Shown piece by piece: positions 22,285 through 32,712 of a stretch of 39,129 nt of DNA. The number at the start of each line of letters is the position of its first letter. The first letter of the stretch is position 1. The notes beneath the pieces were generated by a model. That model did no database searches and was not told where the DNA came from. It saw only the letters and a program-made list of their open reading frames with translations. The position numbers and the translations under genes were made by a program. The stretch lies in contig NW_021835540.1 in assembly GCF_006345805.1 (NCBI RefSeq), positions 1 through 39,129 of the forward strand. The letters are read 5' to 3'. This DNA is from Octopus sinensis (Eukaryota).

Positions 22285-22830
22285 TGAAGAAGAAGAAGAA
22301 GAAGAAGAAGAAGAAGAAGAAGAAGAAGAAGAAGAAGATTAAGAAGAAAAAGATTAAAAAAAGAAGAAGAAAAAGATTAAGAAGAAGAAGAAGAAGAAGA
22401 AGAAGGGAGGAGGAGGAGGAGAATAGGAAGATGACGACGACGATGAAGAAGAAGAAGAAGAATAAGAAGAAGAAGACGAAGACGAAGAAGAAGGAGGAGG
22501 AGGAGAATAGGAAGATGACGACGACGACGACGACGACTACGAAGAAAGAAGAAGAAGAAAGAAGAAGAAGAAGAGAAGAAAAAGAAGAAGAAGAAAAGAA
22601 AATAAGAAGAAGAAAAAGAAGAAGAAGAAGAAGAAGAAGACAAAGAAGACGAAGACGAAGAAGAAGGAGGAGGAGGAGAATAGGAAGATGACGACGACGA
22701 CGACGACGACGAAGAAGAAGAAAAAGAAGAAGAAGAAGAAGAAGAAGAAGAAGAAGAAGAAGAAGAAAAAGAAGAAGAAGAAGAAGAAGAAGAAGAAGAA
22801 GAAGAAGAACAACAACAACAACAACAACAA
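22285..22830. repeat. (GAA)n/(GAC)n/(GGA)n compound polypurine repeat
   Basis: Direct. The internal block GGAGGAGGAGGAGAATAGGAAGATGACGACGAC occurs 3 times. Confidence 0.95.
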
Positions 22831-23368
22831 GAATTTAAATATAAATAAAACCACCACATAATCACGGCTGAGTTACTTTTGATCATAGGTTTACTTATCC
22901 AGCGCTCACCGGGGACTAAACAACATCAGCAGTGATTAACAGAGAGTATTGGTATGTATATGTATACCGGCACGTATCCAGTGATAAAACAGTTGTTTAC
23001 GTAAAAGCAGTACAACTATATCATTGTATGGATGGCTGACTTGATAGGGGGTATGTAATGATAATCCTTAAGTGCTTTCTATATGCTATGAGCATGTGTC
23101 CTCTCTCTTTCTCTCTCTCTCTCCCTCACTCTATTTGGGTTTGTGAGAAAATGTGTGTCGAACACATCTAACTGAAGAAAGAGCTCAAATTATGTGTTTA
23201 TTATATCTGACACTGTTGCTTTCTTCTAAAGGAACAAACTGCTAACGTCCAACTCGAGCCTACATCTCACAACTCACTTGTCTCACCCTTTCATCTTCCA
23301 TATCGTGTCTAATCTACACTCATACAATTACACACACCAGTATATTCCGATCAGTTTTACCCATGATA

Positions 23369-23824
23369 CCTATTTCTTTACTACCCACAAGGGGCCAAAC
23401 ACAAGGACAGACAAACGGATCAAGAAGATTATATGGACCCCAGTGCGTAACTGGTACTTATTTAATCGACCCCTGAAGGATGAAAGGCAAAGTCGACCTC
23501 GGCGGAATTTGAACTCAGAACGTAGCGACGGGCGAAATACCGCGAAGCACTTCGCCCGGCGTGCTAACGTCTCTGCCAGCTCACCGCCTTAAAACAAGCG
23601 AAATACCTATTTCTTTACTATTCAGAGAGAACAAACAAGGACAGACAAACGGATAAAGTCGAATATATCTACCCCAGTGCATAACTGGTACTTATTTAAT
23701 CGATTCCGAAAGGATGAAAGTCAAAGTCGACCACGGCAGAATTTGAACTCAGAACGTAACGGCAGACGAAATACCGCAAAGCATTTCGCCCGGCGGGCTA
23801 ACGTTTCTGCCAGCTCACCGCCTT
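23369..23824 (-). mobile_element. SINE family A dimer (two headed units) within one 15-bp TSD
   Basis: TSD GTTTTACCCATGATA at 23354-23368 and 23825-23839; units at ~23369-23590 and ~23600-23824. Confidence 0.92.
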
Positions 23825-24153
23825 GTTTTACCCATGATATCATCACATTGGATCGCATCTTTCTTTCAATCACTGCTTTGCTGTTTTTAAGATCGTCGGC
23901 CTCATCATTTCCGCTGTTCAGGAGTGTCACCAAATCTTATGGACCAAACCATTTTCTTCCATAGCAAATTATTATTATCTTACAAAATCAATAGTGGTAG
24001 CACGGTAAAACTGACGAACGTTTTATTAGATCGTATCCCGTCTATGATTCTGTATTACATGAGTAACCACCAAGACATTGAGGGAAAACAGATGATTTAA
24101 ATAAAACGTTTTTTCTTAAATAAAAATCTTCGAAGTTTCGGCCAGTTTAAGAA

Positions 24154-24237
24154 TCGGCGGAATTTGAACTCAGCGGCAGACGAAACACCGCTAAGCATTT
24201 CGTCCGGCATCCTAACGTTTTTGCCAGCTCGCCGCTT
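24154..24237 (-). mobile_element. SINE family A 5' fragment
   Basis: Head plus B-box, with a small internal deletion; shares its flank with the 30348-30586 copy. Confidence 0.85.
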
Positions 24238-24328
24238 AAATATTATATTTCTATCCTATTATAGTTCTATAACTGAATAATACAAAAGTATTAGTTAATG
24301 TAAAGATATTTTTACCATAACTACCATA

Positions 24329-24730
24329 GGCGCAGGAGTGGCTGTGTGGTAAGTAGCTTGCTTATTAATCACATGGTTCCGGGTTCAGTCCCACTGCGTG
24401 GCACCTTGGGCAAGTGTTTTCTACTGTAGCCTCGGGCCGACCAAAGCCTTGTGAGTGGATTTGGTTGACGGAAACTGAAAGAAGCCCGTCGTATATATGT
24501 ATATGCGTGTGTGTGTTTGTGTGTCTGTGTTTGTCCCCTAGCATTGCTTGACAACCGATGCTGGTGTGTTTATGTCCCCGTTACTTAGCGGTTCGGCAAA
24601 AGAGAACGATAGAATAAGAAACTGGGCTTACAAAAGAATAAGTCCCGGTGTCGAGTTGCTCGATTAAAGGCGGTGCTCCAGCATGGCCGCAGTCAAATGA
24701 CTGAAACAAGTAAAAGAATAAAAGAAAAGA
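24329..24730 (+). mobile_element. SINE family B, full-length
   Basis: Complete family organisation; ATAACTACCATA lies on both sides (24317-24328, 24731-24742). Confidence 0.93.
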
Positions 24731-24742
24731 ATAACTACCATA

Positions 24743-24897
24743 GGCGCAGGAGTGGCTGTGTGGTAAGTAGCTTGCTTATTAATCACATGGTTCCGGGTTC
24801 AGTCCCACTGCGTAGCACCTTGGGCAAGTGCCTTCTGCTATAGCTTCGGGCTGACCAAAGCCTTGTGAGTGGATCTGGTAGACGGAAACTGAAAGGC
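24743..24897 (+). mobile_element. SINE family B, 5' half in tandem
   Basis: Nearly identical to 24329-24480. Confidence 0.9.
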
Positions 24898-25352
24898 ATG
24901 GCTGTGTGGTTAGAAGTTCATTTCGCAACCTTTTGGTCTCATGTTCAGTCTCACTACGTAGCATCTTATGCACGTATTTCCTTCTAGGGTTACAGATTGA
25001 CTTATGACTCGTTGATGGAAACATCGAATGTGTGTGTGTGTGTGTGTGTGTGTGTGTCACCGCATGTGTACGTTTGGTGTGGGATAGAGGTGTGAGTGTG
25101 TATGTGTTTTTGTCTACATGTTTGTATTTTCGCTTACATCTCTTAAAAAAGAAAGGTGCTCTTGTTTGTCCCCCACCGTTGACAACCGGTGCAGGTGTGT
25201 TTATGTCCCCGTAACCGAACGGTTCGGCTAAAGATTCCAATAGACTAAGTACCAGGCTTAAAAATCCAAAGAACTGGAGTCAATTCATTCGACGGAAACT
25301 CTTCCAGGCGCTGCCCCAGCATGACCGGGGTCTAATGACTGAAACAAGAAAA
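24898..25352 (+). mobile_element. SINE family B, old diverged copy
   Basis: Degenerate head GCATGGCTGTGTGGTTAGAAG and a recognisable 3' module at 25165-25345. Another old 3' half lies at ~27870-28070. Confidence 0.65.
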
Positions 25353-25404
25353 AGATAAAAGATAAGTCATTTTTTTTTTCATCGGAAGTAATTTGACTAA
25401 TTAG

Positions 25405-25619
25405 TTACTCTACTCTTTTACTCTTTTACTAGTTTCAGTCATGTGACTGCGGACATGCTGCAGCACCGCCTTTAGTCGAGCAAATCGACCCCAGGACTTA
25501 TTCTTTGGAAGCCTAGTACTTATTCTATCGGTCTCTTTTGCCGAACCGCTAAGTTACGGGAACGTAAACATACAAGCATCGGTTGTCAAGTGGTGTTGGG
25601 GGGACAAACACAAACACAA

Positions 25620-25664
<45 letters not shown>

Positions 25665-25836
25665 CGACGGGCTTCTTTCAGTTTCCGTCTACCAAATCCA
25701 CTAACAAGGCTTTGGTCGGCCCGAGGCTATAGTAGAAATAGTAGAAGACACTTGCCCAAGGTGACACGCAGTGGGGCTGAACCCGGAACCATGTGGTTGG
25801 TAAGCAAGCTACTTACCACACAGCCACTCCTCCGCC
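25405..25836 (-). mobile_element. SINE family B, full-length
   Basis: Complete organisation, with a short internal duplication TAGTAGAAA/TAGTAGAAG. Confidence 0.93.
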
Positions 25837-25894
25837 TTTATTTTAAAAAAAAAAATTGTTCTTAATCCTGATTATGATGTAAGTAGATGAGAAG

Positions 25895-26962
25895 ATTCTT
25901 TAAGCAGGAGTAATTAACCAAACCGTCCTTTATCCAGGATAATTTATTAAACTGGTTCTTTATCCGGAATAAACAGATAAACTGATATTTTTTCGAAATA
26001 ATGCGATAAACCGATACTCCTTTATCTGGAGTAATTACTTAAATTAGTTTCATCTAGAGTAATTAAATAAATGGATTCTTTTGCGGGAGGAATTAAATTG
26101 GTTCTTTACCAGGATACTTTATCAGGAGTCGGTAATTACATTAGTTCCTGATGCAGAGAAATCAAAGTAGTTCTTCATCTGCAGTAGTTAATTAAATTCA
26201 TTCTTTGCTTGGAGGAATTACAGAATTTAGTTAAAGTAGTTCTTTATCTGGAGTAGTTAATTAAACTGGATTTTTTCCTCTCTTAATCAGGAGTAATTAG
26301 AAGAACCGATTCTTTAGCAGGAATAATTAATTAAAGTGCTTATTTATCGGGAATAGTTAATTAAATTAGTTCTTTACGTGGAGTAACTAGCTGAAATGGT
26401 TAATTAGCAGGAACTGGTTATTAAACTGGCTCTTACGCAGGATTAATTCATTCAAATATTTCTCCAGCATGTGTATTTGGAGTAATAAACGAATTAGTTT
26501 TTTTTTTGTCTAATGTAGTTAGATAACCGTTCTAATATGGATTAATTACTTTAAGTGGAAAAATAACATAACATACTTCCTAATCTGCCGTAATTAGATG
26601 AACTGACCTTCATTTAAACTAATTTCAGCTCCTAATTCCTCTGGAGTAATGACCTTTTATTTGTAGTAATTAAACAAATTGACTTTCTACCTGGAGTAAT
26701 TAGGAAAACAAGTCTTCATCTTGAGAGATTAATAAAGCCAGTTCTCTATCCGGAGTAATTAAATTTATTTTTTAAATAGAATAATTAGATATATCTATTC
26801 TTTATCTGAAACAATGAAATGTTTAGGTTGTTGATGTTTTTCGTCGGGAGTAAAAAGATAATCTGGTTTTTTATCTTGGGGGATTAATTAATTTTTTATC
26901 TGGAGTAATGACTTAAACTTGTTCTATGTAGAATAATTAAATAAATCGGTCCTTTATCTAAA
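25895..26962. repeat. Degenerate 30-bp satellite, consensus ~ATCTGGAGTAATTAATTAAACTGGTTCTTT
   Basis: Successive 30-nt units are visible at ~26315-26430 (agcaggaataattaattaaagtgcttattt / atcgggaatagttaattaaattagttcttt / acgtggagtaactagctgaaatggttaatt). Confidence 0.8.
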
Positions 26963-26963
26963 A

Positions 26964-27358
26964 CTAGCAGTATCGCCCGGCGTTGCTCGGGTTTGTAAGG
27001 GAAATAATTATATAAGCATTTTTAGAGATGTAAAGTATAATAGCCATCTCAATATGGCTAACCACAAAGGGGGAGGGGTGTTACTGTAGCTTTTTACGTT
27101 CTGAGATTTAATAATAAATTTTAGAGAGTTACTTCCCTTATATATGTCAAAAATGGATTAAAAATGGGAAAAATTGATGGTAATTTTTTTTTTAAATCGT
27201 AGACTCATCGTAGACGCGCGCTAATACCCAGACGGTCTCGATATGAATCACGACTATAAGATACCCGGTTTTGGTTAAACTGCACCGCAAAATGTGGGAG
27301 TAGTCAGGAATCTAAATCGTAGGAGACAGACACACAACCTCACTTTTATATATAAAGA
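26964..27358 (-). mobile_element. Non-autonomous Helitron-type element (395 bp)
   Basis: The minus strand starts TC (A|TCTTTATATATAAAAG) and ends with the GC-rich hairpin CCCGAGCAACGCCGGG followed by CTAG|T. It is inserted between A and T with no TSD, the canonical Helitron ends. Confidence 0.8.
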
Positions 27359-27514
27359 TTTCCTCTATTTACATAATATTGAGGTCTCTTTCTTTCTTTT
27401 GTTATCTTACTGTTTTTACCAATATACATATATATATATATATATATATAGTTACAGAGATGTACTTGCATAGCAAGTGACTTGATCTGAGATCGTGTGC
27501 TGGAACGAAAACAG

Positions 27515-27773
27515 TTGCAGCGTTGAAGGTGTTTATAAGCCATTTAAGAAACACACAAAAACCGTTAGATTCACTTCAACATTTAAATTTAATTTGTGAA
27601 AATATTTTCGTCACTTTGAGACCGCGACCTGTTAGCACGATATTTTTGTCAGTGAACAGGTCGCGGTCTGAAAGCGACGAAAATATTTTGGCAAATTAAA
27701 TTTAAATGTTGAAGTGAATGTAACGGTTTTTGTGTGTTTCTTAAATGGCTTACAAACACCTTCCACGCTGCAA
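27515..27773. repeat. Near-perfect fold-back (119-bp arms, 21-nt loop), possibly a Penelope-like terminal repeat inversion
   Basis: Arms 27515-27633 and 27655-27773 differ at 7 positions by hand alignment. The Penelope assignment is inference. Confidence 0.9.
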
Positions 27774-28136
27774 TATATATATACACATATATATATATAG
27801 TATGTATGTATGTATGTGTGTATAAGTGTATGCATGTATGTGTGTGTGTGTGCGTGTCTGTGCTTGTGATTGTCCTCCACCACTGCTTGACAACGAATGT
27901 TGGTTTGTTTACATCCCTGTCACCTAGTGGTTGACAAAGGAAACAGATAGAATAAGTACAATGCTTACAAAAATAAAACTGGAGTTGATTCATTAAACTA
28001 CAATTCTTCAAGGCATTGCCCCAGCATGGCCACAGACCAATGGCTGCAAAAAGCAGAAGAATAAAAGAATACATTCTCTGCTTGGTCATATGTTGAAGGC
28101 ATGAGAAAGCTTGAGTTTACATGAGAAGGCCTAACA

Positions 28137-28610
28137 GACCTGGTAGAAACAGCAGCCAAATCTCCCTCAAATCACACCTTACTGTCTTATGTATGTATAT
28201 ATATATGAGCCAATGAGGGGGACCTCTACATGGTAGCTAGACCTGTAGAAATAGCAGCCAAATTTCCCCCAAATCACACTTACTGTTTATCTATGTATAT
28301 ATGTATGTATGAGCCTATGAGGGAGACCCCTACATGGCAGCTAGACCTGGTAGAAATAGCAGCCAAATTCCCCAAAATCACACCTTACTGTCTTATCTAT
28401 GTATATATGTATGTATGAGCCTATGAGGGAGACCCCTACATGGCAGCTAGACCTGGTAGAAATAGCAGCCAAATTTCCCCCAAATCACACCTTACTGTCT
28501 TATCTATGTATATATGTATGTATGAGCCTATGAGGGAGACCCCTACATGGCAGCTAGACATGGTAGAAATAGCAGCCAAATCTCCCTCAAATCACACCTT
28601 ATGTCTTATC
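28137..28610. repeat. ~105-bp tandem repeat, about 4.5 units
   Basis: Unit GACCTGGTAGAAATAGCAGCCAAAT..CCC.CAAATCACACCTTACTGTCTTATCTATGTATATATGTATGTATGAGCCTATGAGGGAGACCCCTACATGGCAGCTA. Confidence 0.95.
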
Positions 28611-28639
28611 TTTCTGCTACTTGGATATAGGTGTATATT

Positions 28640-29124
28640 CGTCGTAAAAAAACTTTCCTGTCACACACTCACGCACACGCACACACACACACAACACACA
28701 CACGCACCCTCACACACACACACGCGCGCCACCCACACACAACCCACTCACACACACGCACGTTAGCTTACAATTTTATTTATATATTTGCGTGTCTGTG
28801 TGGAAAGAGGAAGTGGGAGGCAGAGTGAAAGAATCATCACTACAGTAAGTCAATTACTTTCATTTTATTCGTTGCCCACTGTGTGTGTGCGTTTGCGTGT
28901 GCTGTAAACCAGACTAAGAAAAGCATTTGACACACACACCAGAATGTGAGTTTTCTGTAAATTTTGCTTAACTGGAGTTTAAATTTTAAAAACTGGACCT
29001 GGCATGACGCGATGCATTGTACTCTTAAAAATGCAAGGTAAATTGTAATTGAAGAAATCCTATATTGTAGATTTGTATAACTCCCAAAGGGAGGCAGATA
29101 AAATCTGCCTTTTATAATAAGAGA
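28640..29124 (-). mobile_element. Probable Helitron/Helentron-derived non-autonomous fragment (5' end only)
   Basis: Minus-strand start A|TCTCTTATTATAAAAGG parallels 27358. Two adjacent perfect subterminal hairpins: CTCCC-AAA-GGGAG (29081-29093) and GGCAGAT-AAA-ATCTGCC (29093-29109). No CTAG/hairpin 3' end was found and the left boundary is approximate. Confidence 0.45.
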
Positions 29125-29265
29125 TATTTAGACTAGATGTTTTGTTTTTGTTTATTTATCTGAAGTAAAATAATAAACTAGTTCTTTATTATTGAGATAA
29201 TTGCTTAATATGCTTAATTGCTTAATTGTGGGATAATTGCTTAATATTGTTTTTATTATATACAG

Positions 29266-29518
29266 CAGTGTCTCTCAACCATTTTTTAGCTAGGGACCCA
29301 CTTTGTTTCCTATTTTACCCTCCTAGTCATTCGATGTTTAAAAAATCCTATTATATTTTTGTAATTAAAGATTATTAGAAATTGTATTTTTTTTTTTAAA
29401 TGTTACAATATTTTGTCTTTAATAGAAGTATAACCAATTTAATTGCACATAAAATTTTAACAACGAAATCCTATATGGACCCCGGAAGGGCCATGTGAAC
29501 TCTGGTTGGTAACGAATG
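29266..29518. mobile_element. hAT (Charlie-like) MITE, decayed
   Basis: Termini CAGTGTCTCTCAACC / GGTTGGTAACGAATG resemble CAGTGGTTCTCAACC TIRs. The flanks ATATACAG / ATCCAGAG match at 5 of 8 positions. Confidence 0.5.
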
Positions 29519-29576
29519 ATCCAGAGTAATTAGTTAAATTGTTTTTATCTGCAGTAAGTGGAGAACAACTTCCTAC

Positions 29577-29618
29577 CGAGTCATCACTGACTTTCAACAA
29601 GAAGACAGGATCAGTATC
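29577..29618 (-). CDS. Candidate 42-nt (or 27-nt) exon (unassigned)
   Basis: Acceptor gactcttctccttcag; reads DTDPVFLLK (donor AAA|GTCAGT) or DTDPVFLLKVSDDS (donor TCG|GTAGGA); phase 0-0. Confidence 0.2.
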
Positions 29619-29799
29619 CTGAAGGAGAGAAGAGTCCAGCATAGAACCGGGTCCAATCTACTCCCAGATGATAGAGACGACAATTGAAATGTCTATAACC
29701 GGATTTGCAAGTTCCATATAGATCTGAATTCCTACATATAAGATAATATAGCAAAACATCGATCTAAGAATTCCGTGCAGCTGCGTCCAACTTATTGAA

Positions 29800-30165
29800 C
29801 TCAGTTGTTGATCTGGAGTACATTTTGTTATCTTGTTTTTTAATCTATTAATTAGTTAAGCTGATGTTTTGTCTGGTGTGTTTAGATAAATTATTGGTTC
29901 TTTGTCCGAATTAATTAGATAAACATATGTCTTTATCTGCATTAATTAATTAATCTTCTATTTAGAGTAACTAATGTAAACCTCTGCTTTATCAGGAGTA
30001 ACTAGATCAGTCGGTTCTTCTTTATCTAGAATAAATAATTAAGCTGACATTTTATTTTTGCTTTGTTTTTGCTTTTATTTTTGTCTGGAGTAATTGATAA
30101 AACTGGTTCTTCGTCTGGAATAATCAGACTAATTGATTTACATCTAGAGTGATTAATTTGTTTTT
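29800..30165. repeat. Continuation of the 30-bp satellite
   Basis: Same units (e.g. gtctggagtaattgataaaactggttcttc); short pieces also at 29130-29260 and 29519-29560. Confidence 0.75.
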
Positions 30166-30347
30166 ACATGAAACACAAGGCCAGAAATTTTGGAGGAGCA
30201 TGTTTGTCGATTACATCGACCCTAGCGCTCAACTAGTACTTAGTTTATCGACCCTGAGAGCATGAAAGATAGCGTCGGCCTAGTAGTGGCCCAACACAGA
30301 ACGTAAAACGAATTGCCGCAAAACATTTCTCTTTTCTACTGTACTAA

Positions 30348-30586
30348 CTATTCTTATTTCTTTATTGCCCACAAGGGGCTAAACACAGCGGGGACAAACA
30401 AGGACAGACAAAGGGATTAAGTCGATTACATCAACCCCAGTGCGTAACTGGTACTTAATTTATCGACCCCGAAAGGATGAAAGGCAAAGTTGACCTCGGC
30501 GGAATTTGAACTCAGAACGTAGCGGCAGACGAAATACCGCAAAGCATTTCGTCAGGCATTCTAACGTTTCTGCCAGCTCGCCGCTT
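30348..30586 (-). mobile_element. SINE family A, full-length young copy
   Basis: Complete head-to-tail organisation; an older degenerate copy precedes it at ~30165-30330. Confidence 0.93.
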
Positions 30587-30642
30587 AAATATTATATTTC
30601 TATCCTATTATAGTTCTATAACTGAATAATATTAGGAATTGT

Positions 30643-31063
30643 ATTAAAAAACACTAAAGACACTTTCAACACTTTCACCACCACCACAAACACCACCACC
30701 GCTAACACCACCACTAGCACTACTACCAACACTGCCACCTTTATTACTACCACTACCCATACTGCCACCTTTACTATTACCGGATGCCACTACCACTACC
30801 AACACTGCCACCTTTACTACTACCACTACCAACACTGCCAACTTTACTACTAACACAATTACCACTACCACTACTCACACTGCCACCTTTACAACTACCC
30901 CAGTTGCCACTACCACCATCACCACTACCATTCCCAACACTGCCACCTTTACTACGACTACTATTACCACTACCACTATCACCACTACCACTACCAGCAC
31001 TGCCACCTTTACTACTAAAACAGTTGCCACTACCACCATCACCACCACTACCACCAGTACCAT
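30643..31063. repeat. ACC/ACT-rich minisatellite with recurring ACTGCCACCTTTACT
   Basis: The motif recurs about 8 times; the left part is the reverse complement of ~31720-31850. Confidence 0.85.
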
Positions 31064-31300
31064 TATCAAATATTTTCAGCAAGGAATGACATGTCAGGTA
31101 ATAGGTGAGCGATACCTCAGAGTACGAGTTTACACGTTCTACAAATCAATTTTCCCTATTGAAATTAACTAAAATATGATTAATTCGTTCCGACACCCTA
31201 GAACCACTCAAAAATAAACTTTTGGGGGTTTTAAAACAGTAAAAAGTGTAGTTACAAGTAAAATTACAATTATTAAAAAGACAATGCAAAATAAATATGT

Positions 31301-31460
31301 AGGGGTGACTGTGTGATAAGTAGCTTGCTTACTAACCACATGCTTCCGGGTTCAGTCCCACTGCGTGGCATCTTGGACAAGTGTCTTCTACTATAACCTC
31401 GGGCCGACAAGAACCTTGTGAGTGGATTTGGTAGACGGAAACTGAAAGAAGCCCGTCGTA
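31301..31460 (+). mobile_element. SINE family B, 5' half
   Basis: Head, B-box and GAAAGAAGCCCGTCG present; the 3' module is absent. Confidence 0.85.
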
Positions 31461-31640
31461 TATATGTATATATATATATATATATATATAATTTCAACAC
31501 TTGAGGGTAAAATTAATTAATTAATCAATTTCACCAAGTATTCAGTATGCAAAGGGACCATTTAAGGCGAATTCAAATTATTGAGTTCAGTATGCGGCAA
31601 AGTAATTTATTTTACTAAGCCCTTTTATATAATATATATA

Positions 31641-31699
<59 letters not shown>

Positions 31700-31709
<10 letters not shown>

Positions 31710-32585
31710 GCAGTGTGAGTAGTGGTAGCGTTAATTGTGTTAGTAGTAAAGGTGGCAGTGTTGGTAGTAGTGCTAGTGGTGGCGTTAGCGGTGGTGGTGT
31801 TTGTGGTGGTGGTGGTGAAGGTGTTGAAAGTCTCTTTAGTGTTTTTGTTAATGCTAACGGTAGTAGTGTTGGAAGTAGATAAGTTGTTGTTGTTGTTGGT
31901 GGTGGTGGTGGTGATGGTGGTGGTGGTGGCGGCGGCGGAGGCGACAATAGTAGGTGTGGTGATGATTGTGCTGATTGCAGTAGTGGTGGCAGAGGCAGTG
32001 GTTTTGGTGATGGTGATGGTTGTGGTGGTGGCGGCGGCGGCGGTGGTGGTGGTGGTGGAGGTAGTGGTAGTGGTATTGGTGGTGGTGGTGATGGTTTTGG
32101 TGGTGGCGGCGATTCTAGTAGGTGTGGTGATGATAGTGGTGAATAGATGGTAGTGGTGGCGGCGGCGGTGGTTATAGTGATGATGATGGTGTTGGTGGCG
32201 GCGGCTGTGTTGGTGGTGGTGGTTGTAGTGGCAGTGGTGGTGGTTGTGGCGGTGGAGGAGGTGGTAGTAGTGGTGTTGGTAGTGTCGGTAGTGGTGGTAG
32301 TGGTTTTGGTGGTGGCGGCGACTCTAGTAGGTATGGGGATGATAGTCGTGATTGGCGCTAGTGGTGGCTATGGTGATGATGGTGGTTGTGATGGTGGCGG
32401 CGGCGATGGTGGTGATGATGGTGGTGATGGTGGTGGCGGCGGCAGTGGTGGTGGTGGTGGTGGTGATGGTGGCGGCGGCGGCGGTGGTGGTGGTGGTGGT
32501 GGTGGTGGTGGTGGTGGTGGTGGTGGTGGTGGTGTGGTGGTGGTGGTGTGGTGGTGGTGGTGGTTGTGGTGGTTTAGGTGGTGAT
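31700..32585. repeat. GGT/GGC/AGT low-complexity tract with higher-order repetition
   Basis: GGCGAC/T.CTAGTAGGTGTGGTGATGATAG-like block at ~31940, 32105 and 32312. Confidence 0.9.
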
Positions 32586-32712
32586 AATGAAATAAAGTAA
32601 AATGGCGGAAAACGTAAGAAATAGTAGGGAGGGGGGTATAAACGTAATTGAGAAAAAAGCAGTATAGAGAAGGAAGAGATAGGAAGAGTGGGGGTGTTGG
32701 GTTTATCTTTAC

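Noticed and set aside
23832-23935. Minus-strand LVTLLNSGNDEADDLKNSKAVIERK as RNase H (GNE.AD.L) or as an exon
   Set aside because: The spacing to the upstream W does not fit RNase H, there is an in-frame stop just upstream, and the splice phase does not link to neighbouring candidates.
28137-28610. CRISPR-like regular repeats
   Set aside because: The whole ~105-bp unit repeats, there are no unique spacers and no cas genes, and the context is eukaryotic.
30777-32584. Gly/Ser-rich structural-protein ORFs
   Set aside because: The frames shift repeatedly, the two blocks are on opposite strands of one inversion, and no signal peptide or splice context supports them.
32598-32619. AAAATGGCGG (YY1-like) start with donor, MAEN|gtaaga; similar motif at ~6806-6816
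   Set aside because: A 10-bp motif alone is insufficient, and splicing to the next acceptor gives an implausible Cys/Trp-rich peptide.
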